Below are positions 42,389-56,087 of a stretch of DNA of 64,000 nt, one piece after another. Source of the DNA: Escherichia coli (GTDB taxonomy: Bacteria; Pseudomonadota; Gammaproteobacteria; Enterobacterales; Enterobacteriaceae); NCBI RefSeq assembly GCF_041886205.1, contig NZ_CP169029.1; one strand, written 5' to 3'. Each line of letters starts with the position of its first letter. Position 1 is the first letter of the stretch. The position numbers were made by a program, and so were the translations under genes. The notes beneath the pieces are model-generated. The model saw only the letters and a program-made list of their open reading frames with translations. It did no database searches and was not told the DNA's origin.

Positions 42389-43108
42389 TTACTCTTTATC
42401 GCCCAGCAGAACGGATTCCAGTGCGATTTTGATCATGTCGTTGAAGGTGGTCTGACGCTCAGCGGCAGTGGTCTGCTCGTGAGTGCGGATGTGGTCAGAC
42501 ACGGTACAGATGGTCAGGGCTTTCGCGCCAAATTCTGCAGCGACGCCGTAGATACCAGCCGCTTCCATTTCCACGCCGAGGATGCCGTATTTTTCCATCA
42601 CGTCGAACATTTCGCCGTCCGGAGAGTAGAACAGGTCAGCGGAGAACAGGTTACCCACGCGAGCATCAACGCCCAGTGCTTTAGCCGCGTCTACCGCGTT
42701 ACGCACCATGTCAAAGTCAGCGATAGCGGCAAAGTCATGGTCTTTAAAACGGATGCGGTTAACTTTGGAATCGGTGCAGGCACCCATACCGATAACGACG
42801 TCGCGTAGTTTTACGTGCGGCAGAACTGCGCCACAGGAACCCACGCGGATAATTTTCTTCACGCCGAAATCGGTGATCAGTTCTTTGGTGTAGATGGAGC
42901 AGGACGGGATACCCATACCGTGACCCATTACGGAAATTTTGCGGCCTTTGTAAGTACCGGTGAAGCCCAGCATACCGCGAACGTTGTTCACTTCACGGGC
43001 ATCTTCAAGGAAAGTTTCAGCAATATACTTCGCACGCAGCGGGTCGCCTGGCATCAAAACTACGTCAGCGAAATCGCCCATTTCTGCATTAATGTGTGGG
43101 GTAGCCAT
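42389..43108 (-). CDS. deoD: Purine nucleoside phosphorylase DeoD
   Basis: [57 protein letters not shown]...; track ORF 42389..43165 has a 19-codon extension. Confidence 0.97.
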   Translation of the reverse strand: MATPHINAEMGDFADVVLMPGDPLRAKYIAETFLEDAREVNNVRGMLGFTGTYKGRKISVMGHGMGIPSCSIYTKELITDFGVKKIIRVGSCGAVLPHVKLRDVVIGMGACTDSKVNRIRFKDHDFAAIADFDMVRNAVDAAKALGVDARVGNLFSADLFYSPDGEMFDVMEKYGILGVEMEAAGIYGVAAEFGAKALTICTVSDHIRTHEQTTAAERQTTFNDMIKIALESVLLGDKE

Positions 43109-43164
43109 TGTTTTATCCTTTTTGTGACATAACAAAGGCGGAGTCAACGCTCCGCCCAAATCCA

Positions 43165-44409
<1,245 letters not shown>

Positions 44410-44439
44410 TCAAATTTAAATGATCAGATCAGTATACCG

Positions 44440-45762
44440 TTATTCGCTGATACGGCGATAGACAGTTGGTGTGCTTTCCGGTGCTTTATCGGCAAGTTTA
44501 ATTGCCGCTTTCACCGCTTTCGCCGCTTCCTGCCAGCTGTTTTCGTCTTTCGCGTGGATAACCGCCAGCGGACGCTGACCGTCTACCTGGTCGCCCAAAC
44601 GCGCCATATCAGTAAAGCCGACGCTGTAATCGATGGTGTCAGATGCCTGACGACGACCGCCGCCCATTGCAACCACTGCCATCCCCAGCGCGCGGGTATC
44701 CATTTCACTGACAAAACCTTCGGTATCAGCATAGACTGCTTTCGTCAGCATCGCTGTCGGCAGATACTTCGCGTAGTTCTCAACGAAGTCGGTCGGGCCT
44801 TTTTGTGCCGCTACCATACGACCAAAGACTTCTGCCGCTTTACCGTTGTCCAGCACCGCCTGCAATTTCGCGCGCGCTTCGGCGTCATCTTTCGCCAGTT
44901 TGCCGGAGATCAGCATCTCCACACACAGCGCCATTGTGACATCAAACAGACGCGGGTTACGATATTCACCCGTCAGGAACTGCACCGCTTCACGAACTTC
45001 AACCGCGTTACCGGCACTGGAGGCCAGCACCTGATTCATATCGGTGAGCAGCGCGGTGGTGCGCACGCCAGCGCCGTTAGCCACGCCAACAATCGCTTCA
45101 GCAAGGGCTTCAGAGAGTTCGTAGGTCGGCATAAATGCACCGCTACCCACTTTCACGTCCATCACCAGCGCATCCAGACCTTCCGCCAGTTTCTTCGCCA
45201 GGATCGAGGCAGTGATCAGCGGGATGGAGTCCACGGTTGCGGTAATATCACGGGTCGCGTAGAAACGTTTATCCGCCGGAGCCAGTGAGCTGGTCTGACC
45301 GATAATCGCCACGCCGACGTCTTTAATAATTTCGCGGAAACGGTTGTCATCCGGGAAAATGTCGAAGCCAGGGATGGATTCCAGTTTGTCGAGCGTACCG
45401 CCAGTATGACCGAGGCCGCGACCGGAGATCATCGGAATATAGCCGCCGCAGGCAGCGACCATCGGCCCCAACATCAGCGAAGTGACGTCGCCGACGCCAC
45501 CAGTGGAATGTTTATCAACAATCGGGCCATTCAGATGCAGGCTTTTCCAGTCGAGAACGGTTCCTGAATCTCGCATCGCCATGGTCAGCGAGACACGCTC
45601 AGGCATTGTCATATCGTGGAAGAAAATGGTCATCGCGAGGGCGGCAATCTGCCCTTCGGAGATAGTGTTGTCGCGAATACCGTTGATAAAGAAACGAATT
45701 TCTTCATCGCTCAGCGCATGACCATCACGTTTTTTACGAATAATTTCTTGTGCGAGAAACAA
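44440..45762 (-). CDS. deoA: Thymidine phosphorylase DeoA
   Basis: 440-aa [57 protein letters not shown]... Confidence 0.98.
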
Positions 45763-45796
45763 GGTAACCTCCCGTGGAAAAGAGTATGAGGCGGCT

Positions 45797-45876
45797 TTTG
45801 CCGGATGCGTCTACGCCTTATCCGGCCTACGGGTAGATACGTCTCGTAGGCCTGATAAGCGCAGCGCATCAGGCGT
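45797..45876. repeat. REP element pair between deoC and deoA
   Basis: gccggatgcgtctacgccttatccggcctac ... gtaggcctgataagcgcagcgcatcaggcg. Confidence 0.8.
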
Positions 45877-45888
45877 AAAGCATCTTAC

Positions 45889-46668
45889 TTAGTAGCTGCT
45901 GGCGCTCTTACCGTCGCCGTGGCCCAGCGCTTTCAACAGGCTTGCCAGCAGGCTGGAAGCGCCAAAGCGGTAGTGACGCGCATCTGCCCAGTCAGCACCG
46001 AACAGTTCATCTGCAATCGCGAGATATTTCTGCGCATCTTCCGCAGTACGCACGCCGCCCGCTGGTTTGAAACCAACGGTTTTTTCTACGCCCATATCAC
46101 GGATCACTTCCATCATGATGCGCGCGCTTTCCGGCGTCGCGTTCACAGCCACTTTACCGGTAGAGGTTTTGATGAAGTCCGCACCCGCTTTGATGGAGAT
46201 TTCAGACGCTTTACGGATCAGCGCTTCGTCTTTTAGTTCGCCGGTTTCGATGATCACTTTCAGCAGTACATTCGCTGCCGCGCAAGCCTCTTTACAGGCT
46301 TTCACCAGGTCAAAACCAACCTGCTCGTTACCCGCCATCAGCGCGCGGTACGGGAACACCACGTCAACTTCATCGGCACCGTAGGCGATTGCCGCACGGG
46401 TTTCTGCCAGCGCGATTTCGATGTCGTCGTTACCGTGTGGGAAGTTGGTTACCGTAGCAATACGGATTTCCGGGGTGCCCTGCTCTTTCAGTGTTTTGCG
46501 AGCAATCGGGATAAAGCGAGGATAGATACAGATAGCGGCGGTATTGCCGACCGGAGTTTTGGCCTGATGACACAGAGCAATTACTTTCTCGTCGGTGTCG
46601 TCGTCATTCAGGGTGGTCAGGTCCATCAATTTCAGTGCACGCAGGCTGCTTGCTTTCAGATCAGTCAT
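45889..46668 (-). CDS. deoC: Deoxyribose-phosphate aldolase DeoC
   Basis: [58 protein letters not shown]...; track ORF 45889..46692 has an 8-codon extension. Confidence 0.97.
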
Positions 46669-46925
46669 TTCATTCTCCTGGCTTGTCGCCAATAAAATTC
46701 ACCTTGCGAGTTTGTTAGTATTCTAACATCTACTCCGCAACACACTTCGATATACATCACAATTAAGGAAATCTACTTACAAGTTTGCATCACTGTAATG
46801 CGATCTGGTTCAAATAATTCACTTTCAAATGAATGCGTCAGTGGTGGCAAACGCATCAGGATCAAAGTGAACATCACGAAACTTCTTACAATGGCGCATC
46901 ACCTTCGGCATAAAAGGAAAAGAAG

Positions 46926-48476
46926 ATGCCCACTTCTCATGAAAATGCACTGCAACAACGTTGCCAGCAAATTGTCACCAGCCCAGTGCTTAGCCCGGAG
47001 CAGAAGCGCCATTTTCTGGCTCTGGAAGCAGAAAACAATCTGCCTTATCCGCAGCTTCCTGCCGAAGCCCGCCGCGCGCTGGATGAGGGTGTAATCTGCG
47101 ATATGTTTGAAGGTCATGCGCCGTACAAACCGCGCTATGTCTTACCCGATTACGCCCGTTTTCTGGCGAACGGTTCCGAATGGCTGGAGCTGGAAGGCGC
47201 GAAAGATCTTGATGACGCACTCTCTCTGCTGACCATTCTTTACCACCACGTACCGTCGGTCACATCGATGCCGGTCTACCTGGGGCAACTGGATGCGTTG
47301 TTGCAACCGTATGTTAGAATTATAACACAAGACGAGATCGATGTTCGAATAAAACGTTTCTGGCGTTACCTCGACAGAACCCTGCCAGACGCCTTTATGC
47401 ACGCCAATATCGGCCCGTCTGATTCGCCCATTACCCGCGCGATCTTACGTGCAGACGCAGAGTTGAAGCAGGTTTCACCGAACCTGACCTTTATCTACGA
47501 TCCTGAAATCACCCCTGATGACCTGCTGCTGGAAGTGGCGAAGAACATCTGTGAATGTAGCAAACCGCACATCGCCAACGGTCCGGTGCATGATAAAATT
47601 TTCACAAAAGGGGGCTACGGGATTGTGAGCTGTTACAACTCACTGCCGCTGGCGGGTGGTGGCAGCACGCTGGTACGCCTTAACCTGAAAGCCATTGCCG
47701 AGCGCAGCGAATCGCTGGATGACTTCTTTACGCGCACTCTACCGCACTACTGCCAGCAGCAGATCGCCATCATCGATGCGCGGTGTGAATTCCTCTATCA
47801 ACAATCACACTTCTTTGAGAATAGCTTCCTGGTGAAAGAAGGGCTGATTAACCCTGAACGTTTTGTGCCAATGTTTGGCATGTATGGGCTGGCGGAAGCG
47901 GTTAACTTGCTGTGTAAGAAAGAAGGGATTGCCGCGCGCTACGGTAAAGAAGCCGCCGCAAATGAAGTGGGTTATCGCATCAGCGCGCAACTGGCGGAGT
48001 TTGTCGCCAATACCCCCGTGAAATATGGCTGGCAAAAACGCGCCATGTTACACGCACAGTCGGGGATCAGTTCCGATATCGGCACCACGCCGGGCGCGCG
48101 TTTACCCTATGGCGATGAGCCAGATCCGATCACCCATCTGCAAACTGTCGCCCCGCATCATGCTTATTATTATTCCGGCATCAGCGACATTCTGACGCTC
48201 GACGAAACCATCAAACGTAACCCGCAGGCGCTGGTACAGCTTTGCCTCGGTGCCTTTAAAGCCGGAATGCGTGAATTTACTGCCAATGTCAGCGGTAACG
48301 ATCTGGTTCGCGTTACCGGTTATATGGTGCGTTTGTCGGATTTAGAAAAATATCGCGCCGAAGGTTCACGCACCAACACCACCTGGCTGGGCGAAGAAGC
48401 CGCACGCAACACTCGTATTCTGGAACGCCAGCCGCGCGTGATAAGCCATGAACAGCAGATGCGCTTTAGTCAGTAA
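46926..48476 (+). CDS. yjjI: YjjI, putative glycyl-radical enzyme (DUF3029), function unknown
   Basis: 516-aa [79 protein letters not shown]... Confidence 0.92.
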   Translation: MPTSHENALQQRCQQIVTSPVLSPEQKRHFLALEAENNLPYPQLPAEARRALDEGVICDMFEGHAPYKPRYVLPDYARFLANGSEWLELEGAKDLDDALSLLTILYHHVPSVTSMPVYLGQLDALLQPYVRIITQDEIDVRIKRFWRYLDRTLPDAFMHANIGPSDSPITRAILRADAELKQVSPNLTFIYDPEITPDDLLLEVAKNICECSKPHIANGPVHDKIFTKGGYGIVSCYNSLPLAGGGSTLVRLNLKAIAERSESLDDFFTRTLPHYCQQQIAIIDARCEFLYQQSHFFENSFLVKEGLINPERFVPMFGMYGLAEAVNLLCKKEGIAARYGKEAAANEVGYRISAQLAEFVANTPVKYGWQKRAMLHAQSGISSDIGTTPGARLPYGDEPDPITHLQTVAPHHAYYYSGISDILTLDETIKRNPQALVQLCLGAFKAGMREFTANVSGNDLVRVTGYMVRLSDLEKYRAEGSRTNTTWLGEEAARNTRILERQPRVISHEQQMRFSQ

Positions 48477-49311
48477 GATTATCCCCTTCTCCTGCGTTGA
48501 CGGGCCAGGCAGTCGTCTGGCTCTGTTTTTGCAGGGCTGCAATCTGCGCTGCAAAAACTGTCACAATCCGTGGACGATGGGACGTTGCAATGACTGTGGG
48601 GAGTGCGTGCCACAGTGTCCGCATCAGGCATTGCAGATTGTTGACGGCAAAGTGGTGTGGAACGCTGTGGTTTGCGAGCAGTGTGATACCTGCCTGAAGA
48701 GGTGTCCGCAACATGCCACGCCAATGGCGCAATCCATGAGCGTGGACGAAGTGCTTAGCCATGTCCGCAAAGCGGTGCTGTTTATTGAAGGGATAACGGT
48801 AAGCGGCGGCGAAGCCACGACCCAACTGCCGTTTGTAGTGGCGCTGTTTACTGCTATCAAAAACGATCCGCAACTGCGCCACCTCACCTGCCTGGTGGAT
48901 AGTAACGGCATGTTGAGCGAAACCGGCTGGGAAAAATTACTCCCGGTGTGTGACGGCGCAATGCTCGATCTCAAAGCGTGGGGGAGCGAATGTCATCAGC
49001 AATTAACCGGACGCGATAATCAGCAGATTAAGCGCAGCATCTGTTTGCTGGCAGAGCGCGGTAAGCTGGCGGAACTGCGTTTGCTGGTGATCCCTGGCCA
49101 GGTGGATTATTTGCAACACATCGAAGAACTGGCGGCGTTTATCAAGGGACTCGGCGATGTTCCGGCACGCCTGAACGCGTTTCATGCCCACGGCGTGTAT
49201 GGCGAGGCGCAAAGCTGGGCGAGCGCCACGCCGGAAGACGTTGAGCCGTTGGCTGATGCGTTAAAGGTGCGCGGGGTGAGCCGGTTGATATTTCCGGCGC
49301 TCTATTTGTGA
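48448..49311 (+). CDS. yjjW: YjjW, radical-SAM glycyl-radical-enzyme activase
   Basis: 287-aa [42 protein letters not shown]... (CxxxCxxC) plus ferredoxin-like Cys clusters; overlaps yjjI by 29 nt. Confidence 0.92.
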   Translation: MNSRCALVSKIIPFSCVDGPGSRLALFLQGCNLRCKNCHNPWTMGRCNDCGECVPQCPHQALQIVDGKVVWNAVVCEQCDTCLKRCPQHATPMAQSMSVDEVLSHVRKAVLFIEGITVSGGEATTQLPFVVALFTAIKNDPQLRHLTCLVDSNGMLSETGWEKLLPVCDGAMLDLKAWGSECHQQLTGRDNQQIKRSICLLAERGKLAELRLLVIPGQVDYLQHIEELAAFIKGLGDVPARLNAFHAHGVYGEAQSWASATPEDVEPLADALKVRGVSRLIFPALYL

Positions 49312-49312
49312 C

Positions 49313-49528
49313 ATGCCGGATACGGCCTACGGTTCGGCACAGACTTGTAGGCATGATAAGACGCGACAAGCGTCGCATCAGGCATTGTGCGCCAACTGCC
49401 GGATGCGGCGTGAACGCCTTATCCGGCCTACGGTTCGGCACAAACCTGTAGGCATGATAAGACGCGACAAGCGTCGCATCAGGCATTATGCGCCGACTGC
49501 CGGATGCTGCCTACGAAGGGTAAACTAC
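49313..49528. repeat. Tandemly duplicated REP/BIME unit (about 101-bp period, 2 copies)
   Basis: ctacggttcggcac...gtaggcatgataagacgcgacaagcgtcgcatcaggcatt...gccggatgc at 49327 repeats at 49428 with a few substitutions; fills the spacer between convergent yjjW and yjjV. Confidence 0.85.
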
Positions 49529-50307
49529 CCACTAACGCTAAACACCGCATACGTATTATTAAGCAACACTTCGGCAATCTCATCTTCTGGTTCCGGGCGC
49601 AACTCGCAAAGCACGTCAAACACCCGCGCAGCCTGTTCCGGGCGGTTAGGCTGCCCCTGAAAGCCGTTGAGCGGCATATCCGGCGCGTCGGTTTCCAGCA
49701 ACAACGATGCCAGCGGTAATTTTGCGATGACATCGCGGGTTTTACTGGCGCGTGGATAGGTGATAGTACCGCCTACGCCGATTTTGTAGCCCAGCTGTAA
49801 AAACCGCTCGGCCTGTTGCAGGCTGCCGGAAAAACCGTGAACCACGCCAGTGCGCGATAAATCGTGGCGTTTAAGATGCATCGCCAGTTTGTCGTGTGTG
49901 CGCCGTGAATGCAGGATCACCGGCAGATCGTAGCGTTTCGCCAGTTTCAGTTGTTCGTCGAGTAACCACTGCTGCCTCTCAAATTGCGGATCGTCGCCGA
50001 AGAGATCCAGACCGATCTCCCCCACCGCCACCACCTTCGCCGGACGCCTTTCCAGCGCCTGCTGTAGCTGATCAAGAGACACATCGCTATGTTTTTCCAA
50101 CATACCAGGATGCAAGCCCAATGCGGCATACAGCGGTTGATATTTTTCCGCTAACGCCTGCACGCGGGCAAAATTTTCCGCCTCGGTTGCCGGAACAATG
50201 ATCTTGCCTACGCCCGCTTGTGCCGCGCGTTGCAGGCTGGCCTCTTCATCGCCACTAAACGGCGGAAAATCAAAATGGCAGTGGGTGTCGATAAAACGGC
50301 AAATCAA
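49525..50307 (-). CDS. yjjV: TatD-family metal-dependent hydrolase YjjV
   Basis: 260-aa MICRFIDTHCHFDFPPFSGDEEASLQRAAQAGVGKIIVPATEAENFARVQALAEKYQPLYAALGLHP... Confidence 0.93.
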   Translation of the reverse strand: MICRFIDTHCHFDFPPFSGDEEASLQRAAQAGVGKIIVPATEAENFARVQALAEKYQPLYAALGLHPGMLEKHSDVSLDQLQQALERRPAKVVAVGEIGLDLFGDDPQFERQQWLLDEQLKLAKRYDLPVILHSRRTHDKLAMHLKRHDLSRTGVVHGFSGSLQQAERFLQLGYKIGVGGTITYPRASKTRDVIAKLPLASLLLETDAPDMPLNGFQGQPNRPEQAARVFDVLCELRPEPEDEIAEVLLNNTYAVFSVSG

Positions 50308-51413
50308 GCCAGATCCTCATTGTTAAATGTCGGGTCGTTCGCCTGCGGAGCATCGCTCACTTCGGCAACCAGCGTATCGTTGGCGACTGGCGCAGGCGGA
50401 ATAACGATCGATTCCGGCGTCACCACTGGCACCAGATGGCGGGTAAGCGGCGCTTTTTCAGTTAATAGCTTGCCAACCGTGGCGAGGAAATATCGCCCGC
50501 ATAAACGCCCAAGTTTATAGTCTTCACGCAGCGCCGGAATCCGACTGCCAAGCGCGATACTATGTAATGGCTTCGGTGGATAAATTTCGAATATCCGCAG
50601 CTTGCCCGGTGGTTTCTCAATAAATTGCTGGATGTCACGATAGCTGGTTTCATGATGCTGCACCAGATTGACCAGCGGCTGCAGGCTACTGTCACCCAGC
50701 CAGCGTTCCATGCGTTTGAACCACTGCGGCGTGTAGTACATTTGTGACGGCACAGTGCGAATGACGACCAACGTTTTAGCGCCCTGCCTTGCCGCCTCTT
50801 TAACCGGAATCGCATCACTGATCCCGCCATCCAGGTAGTTAATGCCTTCCAGCGACACTCCGCTACGATAAAAGCCAGGTATCGCACTGGAGGCGCGAAT
50901 CACATCCAGCCAGTTTTGTTTGGTTGGTAAAAAGTAATTCGGCGCATAGTCATCCTGACGACAGGCGCACATATAAAACGATTTGCCGCTGTCAAACAAC
51001 CGCGCGGCGGTATCCATTTGCAACGGCATCTGACTTGCGGTGGCCTCCACCAGCCAGTCGAGATCGATAAGATTTCCTCCACGCACAAAGCGCAATGGAT
51101 CGAAAAATTCGCGTTTTGTGGTATAGCGCATGATGACTTTGCGCGCGTAACCGGGCTGATTGCAGATATACGCCGAGAGGTTCTGCGCCCCGGCAGATGT
51201 GCCGAGATAAAGATCGAAAGGATTAAACTGCGCGCGCATAAACTCATCCAGCACGCCAGCCGTGAAAATTCCACGCTGTCCGCCGCCTTCGCACACCAGA
51301 GCTATTCGTCCAGGCTGGAACGGCCTTAGCGACAACGGCGCAATATTACCAAGCGTTACAGGTATTCGCTGCCCCACCTCTGCCTTCCTGTTTTTGTTGT
51401 GAAAGAATGACAA
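50304..51413 (-). CDS. yjjU: Patatin-like phospholipase YjjU
   Basis: ORF with CEGGGQRGIFTAG oxyanion motif and GTSAGA (GxSxG) nucleophile motif; start codon uncertain (track start 51413); stop overlaps yjjV start by 4 nt. Confidence 0.85.
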   Translation of the reverse strand: MSFFHNKNRKAEVGQRIPVTLGNIAPLSLRPFQPGRIALVCEGGGQRGIFTAGVLDEFMRAQFNPFDLYLGTSAGAQNLSAYICNQPGYARKVIMRYTTKREFFDPLRFVRGGNLIDLDWLVEATASQMPLQMDTAARLFDSGKSFYMCACRQDDYAPNYFLPTKQNWLDVIRASSAIPGFYRSGVSLEGINYLDGGISDAIPVKEAARQGAKTLVVIRTVPSQMYYTPQWFKRMERWLGDSSLQPLVNLVQHHETSYRDIQQFIEKPPGKLRIFEIYPPKPLHSIALGSRIPALREDYKLGRLCGRYFLATVGKLLTEKAPLTRHLVPVVTPESIVIPPAPVANDTLVAEVSDAPQANDPTFNNEDLA

Positions 51414-51498
51414 AGTAACGCAATTTATTATTCGCTAAAACCGCAAAAGCCAGTCCGCTGGACTGGCTTTGGATAAAATTTTCTTAATGGTCTGAAAT

Positions 51499-51660
51499 CT
51501 AGGGTCGTTTTCGGCCCATGAACAAACTCACCAGGAACAGAATAATCCCGACGACAAAGACAATTTTAGCTGCGCCTGCAGCGGTACCGGCCAGACCACC
51601 AAACCCAAGTGCGGCGGCGATTAACGCGATAACCAGAAATATGATGCCCCAACGAAACAT
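51499..51660 (-). CDS. ytjA: Small membrane protein YtjA (DUF1328)
   Basis: [53 protein letters not shown]; track ORF 51499..51690 has a 10-codon extension. Confidence 0.85.
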
Positions 51661-51786
51661 AAGCGTCTCCTTTACCATAGTTAATGTCACCGCTTGATAT
51701 GAGCGTGAAAATCACTCAATGCGATATTTTTAGTGTGGTGCACATCGCGCCTCCCGACAAAGTTCGGGAGGACGAATTACGACGAA

Positions 51787-52392
51787 TTACTTAGTTTTCA
51801 GATCATTTTTAACGCTTTTCACACCATCTACCGCTTTGGCGATACTTTCAGCACGGTCGCTCTGTGCCTGGGAATCGACGGTACCGGAGAGCTGAACCAC
51901 GCCGTCGGTGGTTTCAACTTTCACATGACGGGAAGGGACGATATCGTCCGCCAGCAGTTTGGCTTTGATTTCACTGGTGGTGGCGGTGTCACCCGCGTAG
52001 CCCTTCACCGAGCCTTCTTTAGCGTCGCGAACGTGCAGTTTGTCGCTGACAGAGGTCACCCCTTCAACGCCTTTCGCCACTTTCACTGCCTCTTCGGCCT
52101 GGGCCTGGCTTTCAACGAAACCGCTCAGGGTCACGACTTTTTGATCGGTTTTTACAGAGATATCGGTGCTCTTGATGTTGTCATGATCCACCAGGGCCGC
52201 CTTCACTTTCGCGGTGATGGCGCTGTCATCCATGAAATTACCGACTTTATTCATAGAGCTATCGACTTTTTGCCCTGCGCTTTCATTGGTAGTCTGTGCG
52301 TTGTTTTCCGCGTAGGCAGAGCCGGTCGCGACGGCAGAGGTCAACATTACAGCCAGCAGAGTTTTCGAAATCTTCAGTCTTGTCATAGTCAT
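51787..52392 (-). CDS. osmY: Osmotically inducible periplasmic protein OsmY (two BON domains)
   Basis: [98 protein letters not shown]...; track ORF 51787..52470 has a 26-codon extension. Confidence 0.95.
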
Positions 52393-52784
52393 CGATTTAT
52401 TCCTGTATGTTTGCTCGTAATTTGAGCCTGGCAACACGAGGTTGCATTGCTGAATAGGGAGAGACTTCACCCTCTACAGAAGTCAATGGTCGCCATCACA
52501 AAAGCGATGGGTGATGAATAACGACCATTACAGCCTCTGAATCAGTTATTAATATCGGTAGAATGACAATCGACGGCTTTAGATACTGATATCTACGCAT
52601 TGAACGGTATTTAACGCCGTCAGAAATGTCATTACTTTGTTAAATATAGATCACAATTTTGAAACCGCTCGGGATATCAGCGAAAACATAAGCAAAAGTG
52701 AATGTTTTAAGAACATTCCGTAAGCGGCTAATAAGGAAGGGAAATTGACAGGGCGCAGCGGCTACCGCGCCCTGGAGGCAAGAA

Positions 52785-54374
52785 TTAATGCTCGCGGGTC
52801 TGGTGGAACTGAACGTCCGGATAACGTTCCTGCGCCAGGCGCAGGTTGACCATGCTGGTAGCGATGTAAGCGAGGTTATCGCCGCCATCAAGCGCCAGTT
52901 GGCTTTCGTTCTTACGCTTGAACTCTTCGAATTTCTTCGCGTCCGCACATTCTACCCAGCGGGCAGTGGCAACGTTGACTGATTCATATACTGCTTCAAC
53001 GTTGTATTCGCTCTTCAGGCGCGATACCACCACATCAAACTGCAGCACACCAACAGCACCAACGATCAAATCGTTGTTGGAGATCGGACGGAACACCTGC
53101 ACCGCGCCCTCTTCGGAAAGCTGTACCAGCCCTTTGAGCAGCTGTTTTTGCTTCAGCGGATCTTTCAGGCGGATACGACGGAACAGTTCTGGTGCGAAGT
53201 TCGGAATACCGGTGAACTTCATCATCTCACCCTGGGTAAAGGTGTCGCCGATCTGAATAGTGCCGTGGTTGTGCAGGCCGAGGATATCGCCCGGATACGC
53301 TTCTTCAACGTGCGAACGGTCGCCCGCCATAAAGGTCAGCGCGTCGGAGATAACCACATCTTTCGCAGTACGCACCTGGCGCAGCTTCATGCCTTTTTCA
53401 TATTTACCGGATACTACGCGCATAAACGCCACGCGGTCGCGGTGTTTCGGGTCCATGTTGGCCTGAATTTTAAATACGAAGCCGGTAAATTTGTCTTCGC
53501 TCGCCTCTACGGTACGGGTATCAGTCTGACGCGGCATCGGCGCAGGGGCCCACTCCACCAGGCCATCCAGCATATGATCAACGCCGAAGTTACCCAGCGC
53601 AGTACCGAAGAATACCGGAGTGATTTCGCCCGCAAGGAACAATTCTTTGTCGAACTCGTTAGACGCGCCTTTCACCAGTTCCAGTTCGTCACGTAGCTGC
53701 TGTGCCAGATCTTCACCAACCGCAGCGTCGAGATCCGGGTTATTCAGCCCTTTAACAATACGGACTTCCTGAATCGTGTGGCCTTTACCGCTCTGATAGA
53801 GATAGGTTTCGTCTTTATAAAGGTGGTAAACGCCTTTAAACAGCTTGCCGCAGCCAATCGGCCAGGTGATCGGTGCGCAGCCGATTTTCAGCTCGTTCTC
53901 AACTTCATCGAGCAGTTCCATCGGGTCGCGGATATCACGGTCAAGTTTGTTCATAAAGGTGAGGATCGGCGTGTCGCGCAGACGGGTAACTTCCATCAGC
54001 TTACGGGTACGATCTTCAACACCTTTTGCGGCGTCGATAACCATCAGGCAGCAGTCCACCGCCGTCAGGGTACGATAGGTATCTTCCGAGAAGTCTTCGT
54101 GCCCCGGGGTGTCTAGCAGGTTAACCAGGCAATCGTGATACGGAAACTGCATCACAGACGTAGTAATGGAGATCCCACGCTGCTTTTCCATCTCCATCCA
54201 GTCCGACTTAGCGTGCTGGTTGGAACCACGGCCTTTTACTGTACCGGCGGTCTGAATGGCCTGTCCGAACAGCAGCACCTTCTCGGTGATGGTAGTCTTA
54301 CCGGCGTCCGGGTGAGAAATAATGGCAAAAGTGCGGCGCTTCGCCACCTCTTGCAAATAAGGAGACAACGTCAT
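52785..54374 (-). CDS. prfC: Peptide chain release factor 3 (RF3)
   Basis: [72 protein letters not shown]...; GTPase motifs; track ORF 52785..54401 has a 9-codon extension. Confidence 0.97.
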
Positions 54375-54464
54375 AATTCTTTCTTCTTGAGTAAGCGGCA
54401 TCGCGCCGCGCTTGTTGAAAACGAAAAATTGCGGCTATTTTACCCATCAACGGGGGGGAGGCAA

Positions 54465-55142
54465 TCAGTGTTTACACAGGAGCTGCTCCAGTTCGTGCAA
54501 CGAAGAAACGGTCCAGGTGGGCGCGATGCCTTCTGGTTGCTCGCGATGGTGCGCATTCAGCCAGCAGGTCGCAAGCCCGGCGTTGATGCCACCGAGAATA
54601 TCGGACTCGGCAGTGTCGCCAACCATCAGCACGCGTGAACGGTCAGGATTGCCCGCCTGTTCCAGCGCATAATCGAAAATTTTCTTATTCGGTTTGGCAA
54701 CGCCAACTTCTTCGGAAATCACCAGCAAATCGAAGTAATCACGCAGGCCCGTGCGTTCCAGACGCACTTGCTGCAAGGCGCTAAAGCCGTTGGTGATGAT
54801 GCCGATTTTAGCGTTGCCACGAATGGCGTTAAGCAGGGAAACCGCCCCCGGAAGCGGCGTGCAGATTTCCGCCATCGCATTAATAAAGGCATCGTTAAGC
54901 AAGCCTGCTTCAACTTTCAGCCGTTCGGCCCAGCTCTCAAAACGCCCGTGCTGAAGCTGTAATGAAGTGATCGCGCCGTTTTGATAATCCACCCACAGTG
55001 GCTTGTTAACGGCCTGATAGTCCTGAAAATCTTCAGCGGTAAAGGTGACGCTGTAATCAAGAAACATCCGCTGCAGGCCGGTGAATGAGTCAAATGTAAA
55101 CAGCGTTTCATCGGCATCAAAGAAAATCCAGTCCCACTTCAT
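54465..55142 (-). CDS. yjjG: HAD-family pyrimidine 5'-nucleotidase YjjG
   Basis: 225-aa [68 protein letters not shown]... Confidence 0.95.
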   Translation of the reverse strand: MKWDWIFFDADETLFTFDSFTGLQRMFLDYSVTFTAEDFQDYQAVNKPLWVDYQNGAITSLQLQHGRFESWAERLKVEAGLLNDAFINAMAEICTPLPGAVSLLNAIRGNAKIGIITNGFSALQQVRLERTGLRDYFDLLVISEEVGVAKPNKKIFDYALEQAGNPDRSRVLMVGDTAESDILGGINAGLATCWLNAHHREQPEGIAPTWTVSSLHELEQLLCKH

Positions 55143-55156
55143 TATTCCACCTTGTC

Positions 55157-55603
55157 TTACATACTGATTGGCAACGCCATGATGATGGCGTCTTCGCGAC
55201 CGTCCGTGGTGGGGTAGTAATTGCGGCGAATCGTCGCCTCGTTAAAGCCTAAACTTTCGTACAGGGCAATGGCGGCAGCGTTTGAAGCACGGACTTCCAG
55301 CCATAGTGTCGCCACGCCGCGTTTTTCCAGTTCGTCGATCAGATGTTCCAGCAGCGCCCTTCCCAATCCCTGACGCTGATAGTCAGGATCGACCGCAATA
55401 TTGAACAATGTAGCTTCATCCAGCACCACTTGCGTAATCGCAAACGCCGCCATTTTGCCGTTTTGCGTTAACTGAAAGTTGAGATAACGCTCGCCCTGGT
55501 TGCTGGCAAAGGTTTTTTCACTCCACGGAAAGGCGTGGGCGCGTTGTTCAATGTGGTAAGCCGCTGGTAAATCAGTCGTTTCGAGGGAAGAAATCGTGTT
55601 CAT
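55157..55603 (-). CDS. rimI: Ribosomal protein S18 alanine N-acetyltransferase RimI
   Basis: 148-aa [96 protein letters not shown]... Confidence 0.96.
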   Translation of the reverse strand: MNTISSLETTDLPAAYHIEQRAHAFPWSEKTFASNQGERYLNFQLTQNGKMAAFAITQVVLDEATLFNIAVDPDYQRQGLGRALLEHLIDELEKRGVATLWLEVRASNAAAIALYESLGFNEATIRRNYYPTTDGREDAIIMALPISM

Positions 55604-55985
55604 ATGTGCAAATTTGTTGCCATAACGCGGCGCGTGCCGTTGGGTTTGCCCGTAATTCGGTGAGCGCCGGTGATGCCACCTGAGCGCCTTCCAGTGATAG
55701 CGGTTCGTCAGTACCCAACCGCCAGCTGTTGCAGCGACTGCCTTGCGGCAGCATCGCGATTTTTTCTGGCGTCAGTTGCAGCACTTGATCGGGGCTGACG
55801 GTTAATGCGCGCAGAACATCGCTCACTAAAGGATCAGTCAGGGCGGGAAGATCGTTTGCCACCATCACCAGACGGACGTGTGCCGGGATCGCAATGGCAA
55901 TCTCCCCCTGCAACGCGCCAGGGCGACGCAGCGACCACTGGGTAATGCCCAGTTGCTGTAACTGCCAGTCTCGTCGGGATGTCAT
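55572..55985 (-). CDS. holD: DNA polymerase III psi subunit HolD
   Basis: 137-aa MTSRRDWQLQQLGITQWSLRRPGALQGEIAIAIPAHVRLVMVANDLPALTDPLVSDVLRALTVSPDQVLQLTPEK...; 32-nt overlap with rimI. Confidence 0.95.
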   Translation of the reverse strand: MTSRRDWQLQQLGITQWSLRRPGALQGEIAIAIPAHVRLVMVANDLPALTDPLVSDVLRALTVSPDQVLQLTPEKIAMLPQGSRCNSWRLGTDEPLSLEGAQVASPALTELRANPTARAALWQQICTYEHDFFPRND

Positions 55986-56087
55986 AGCGAATCGCTCCTG
56001 TTGTCAGGGGCGCAAATATAGCAAATTCGTCGATACCGCGCCAACATATGGCTATAATCGCCGCCAGTATCAATTGAGGAGCATTCC

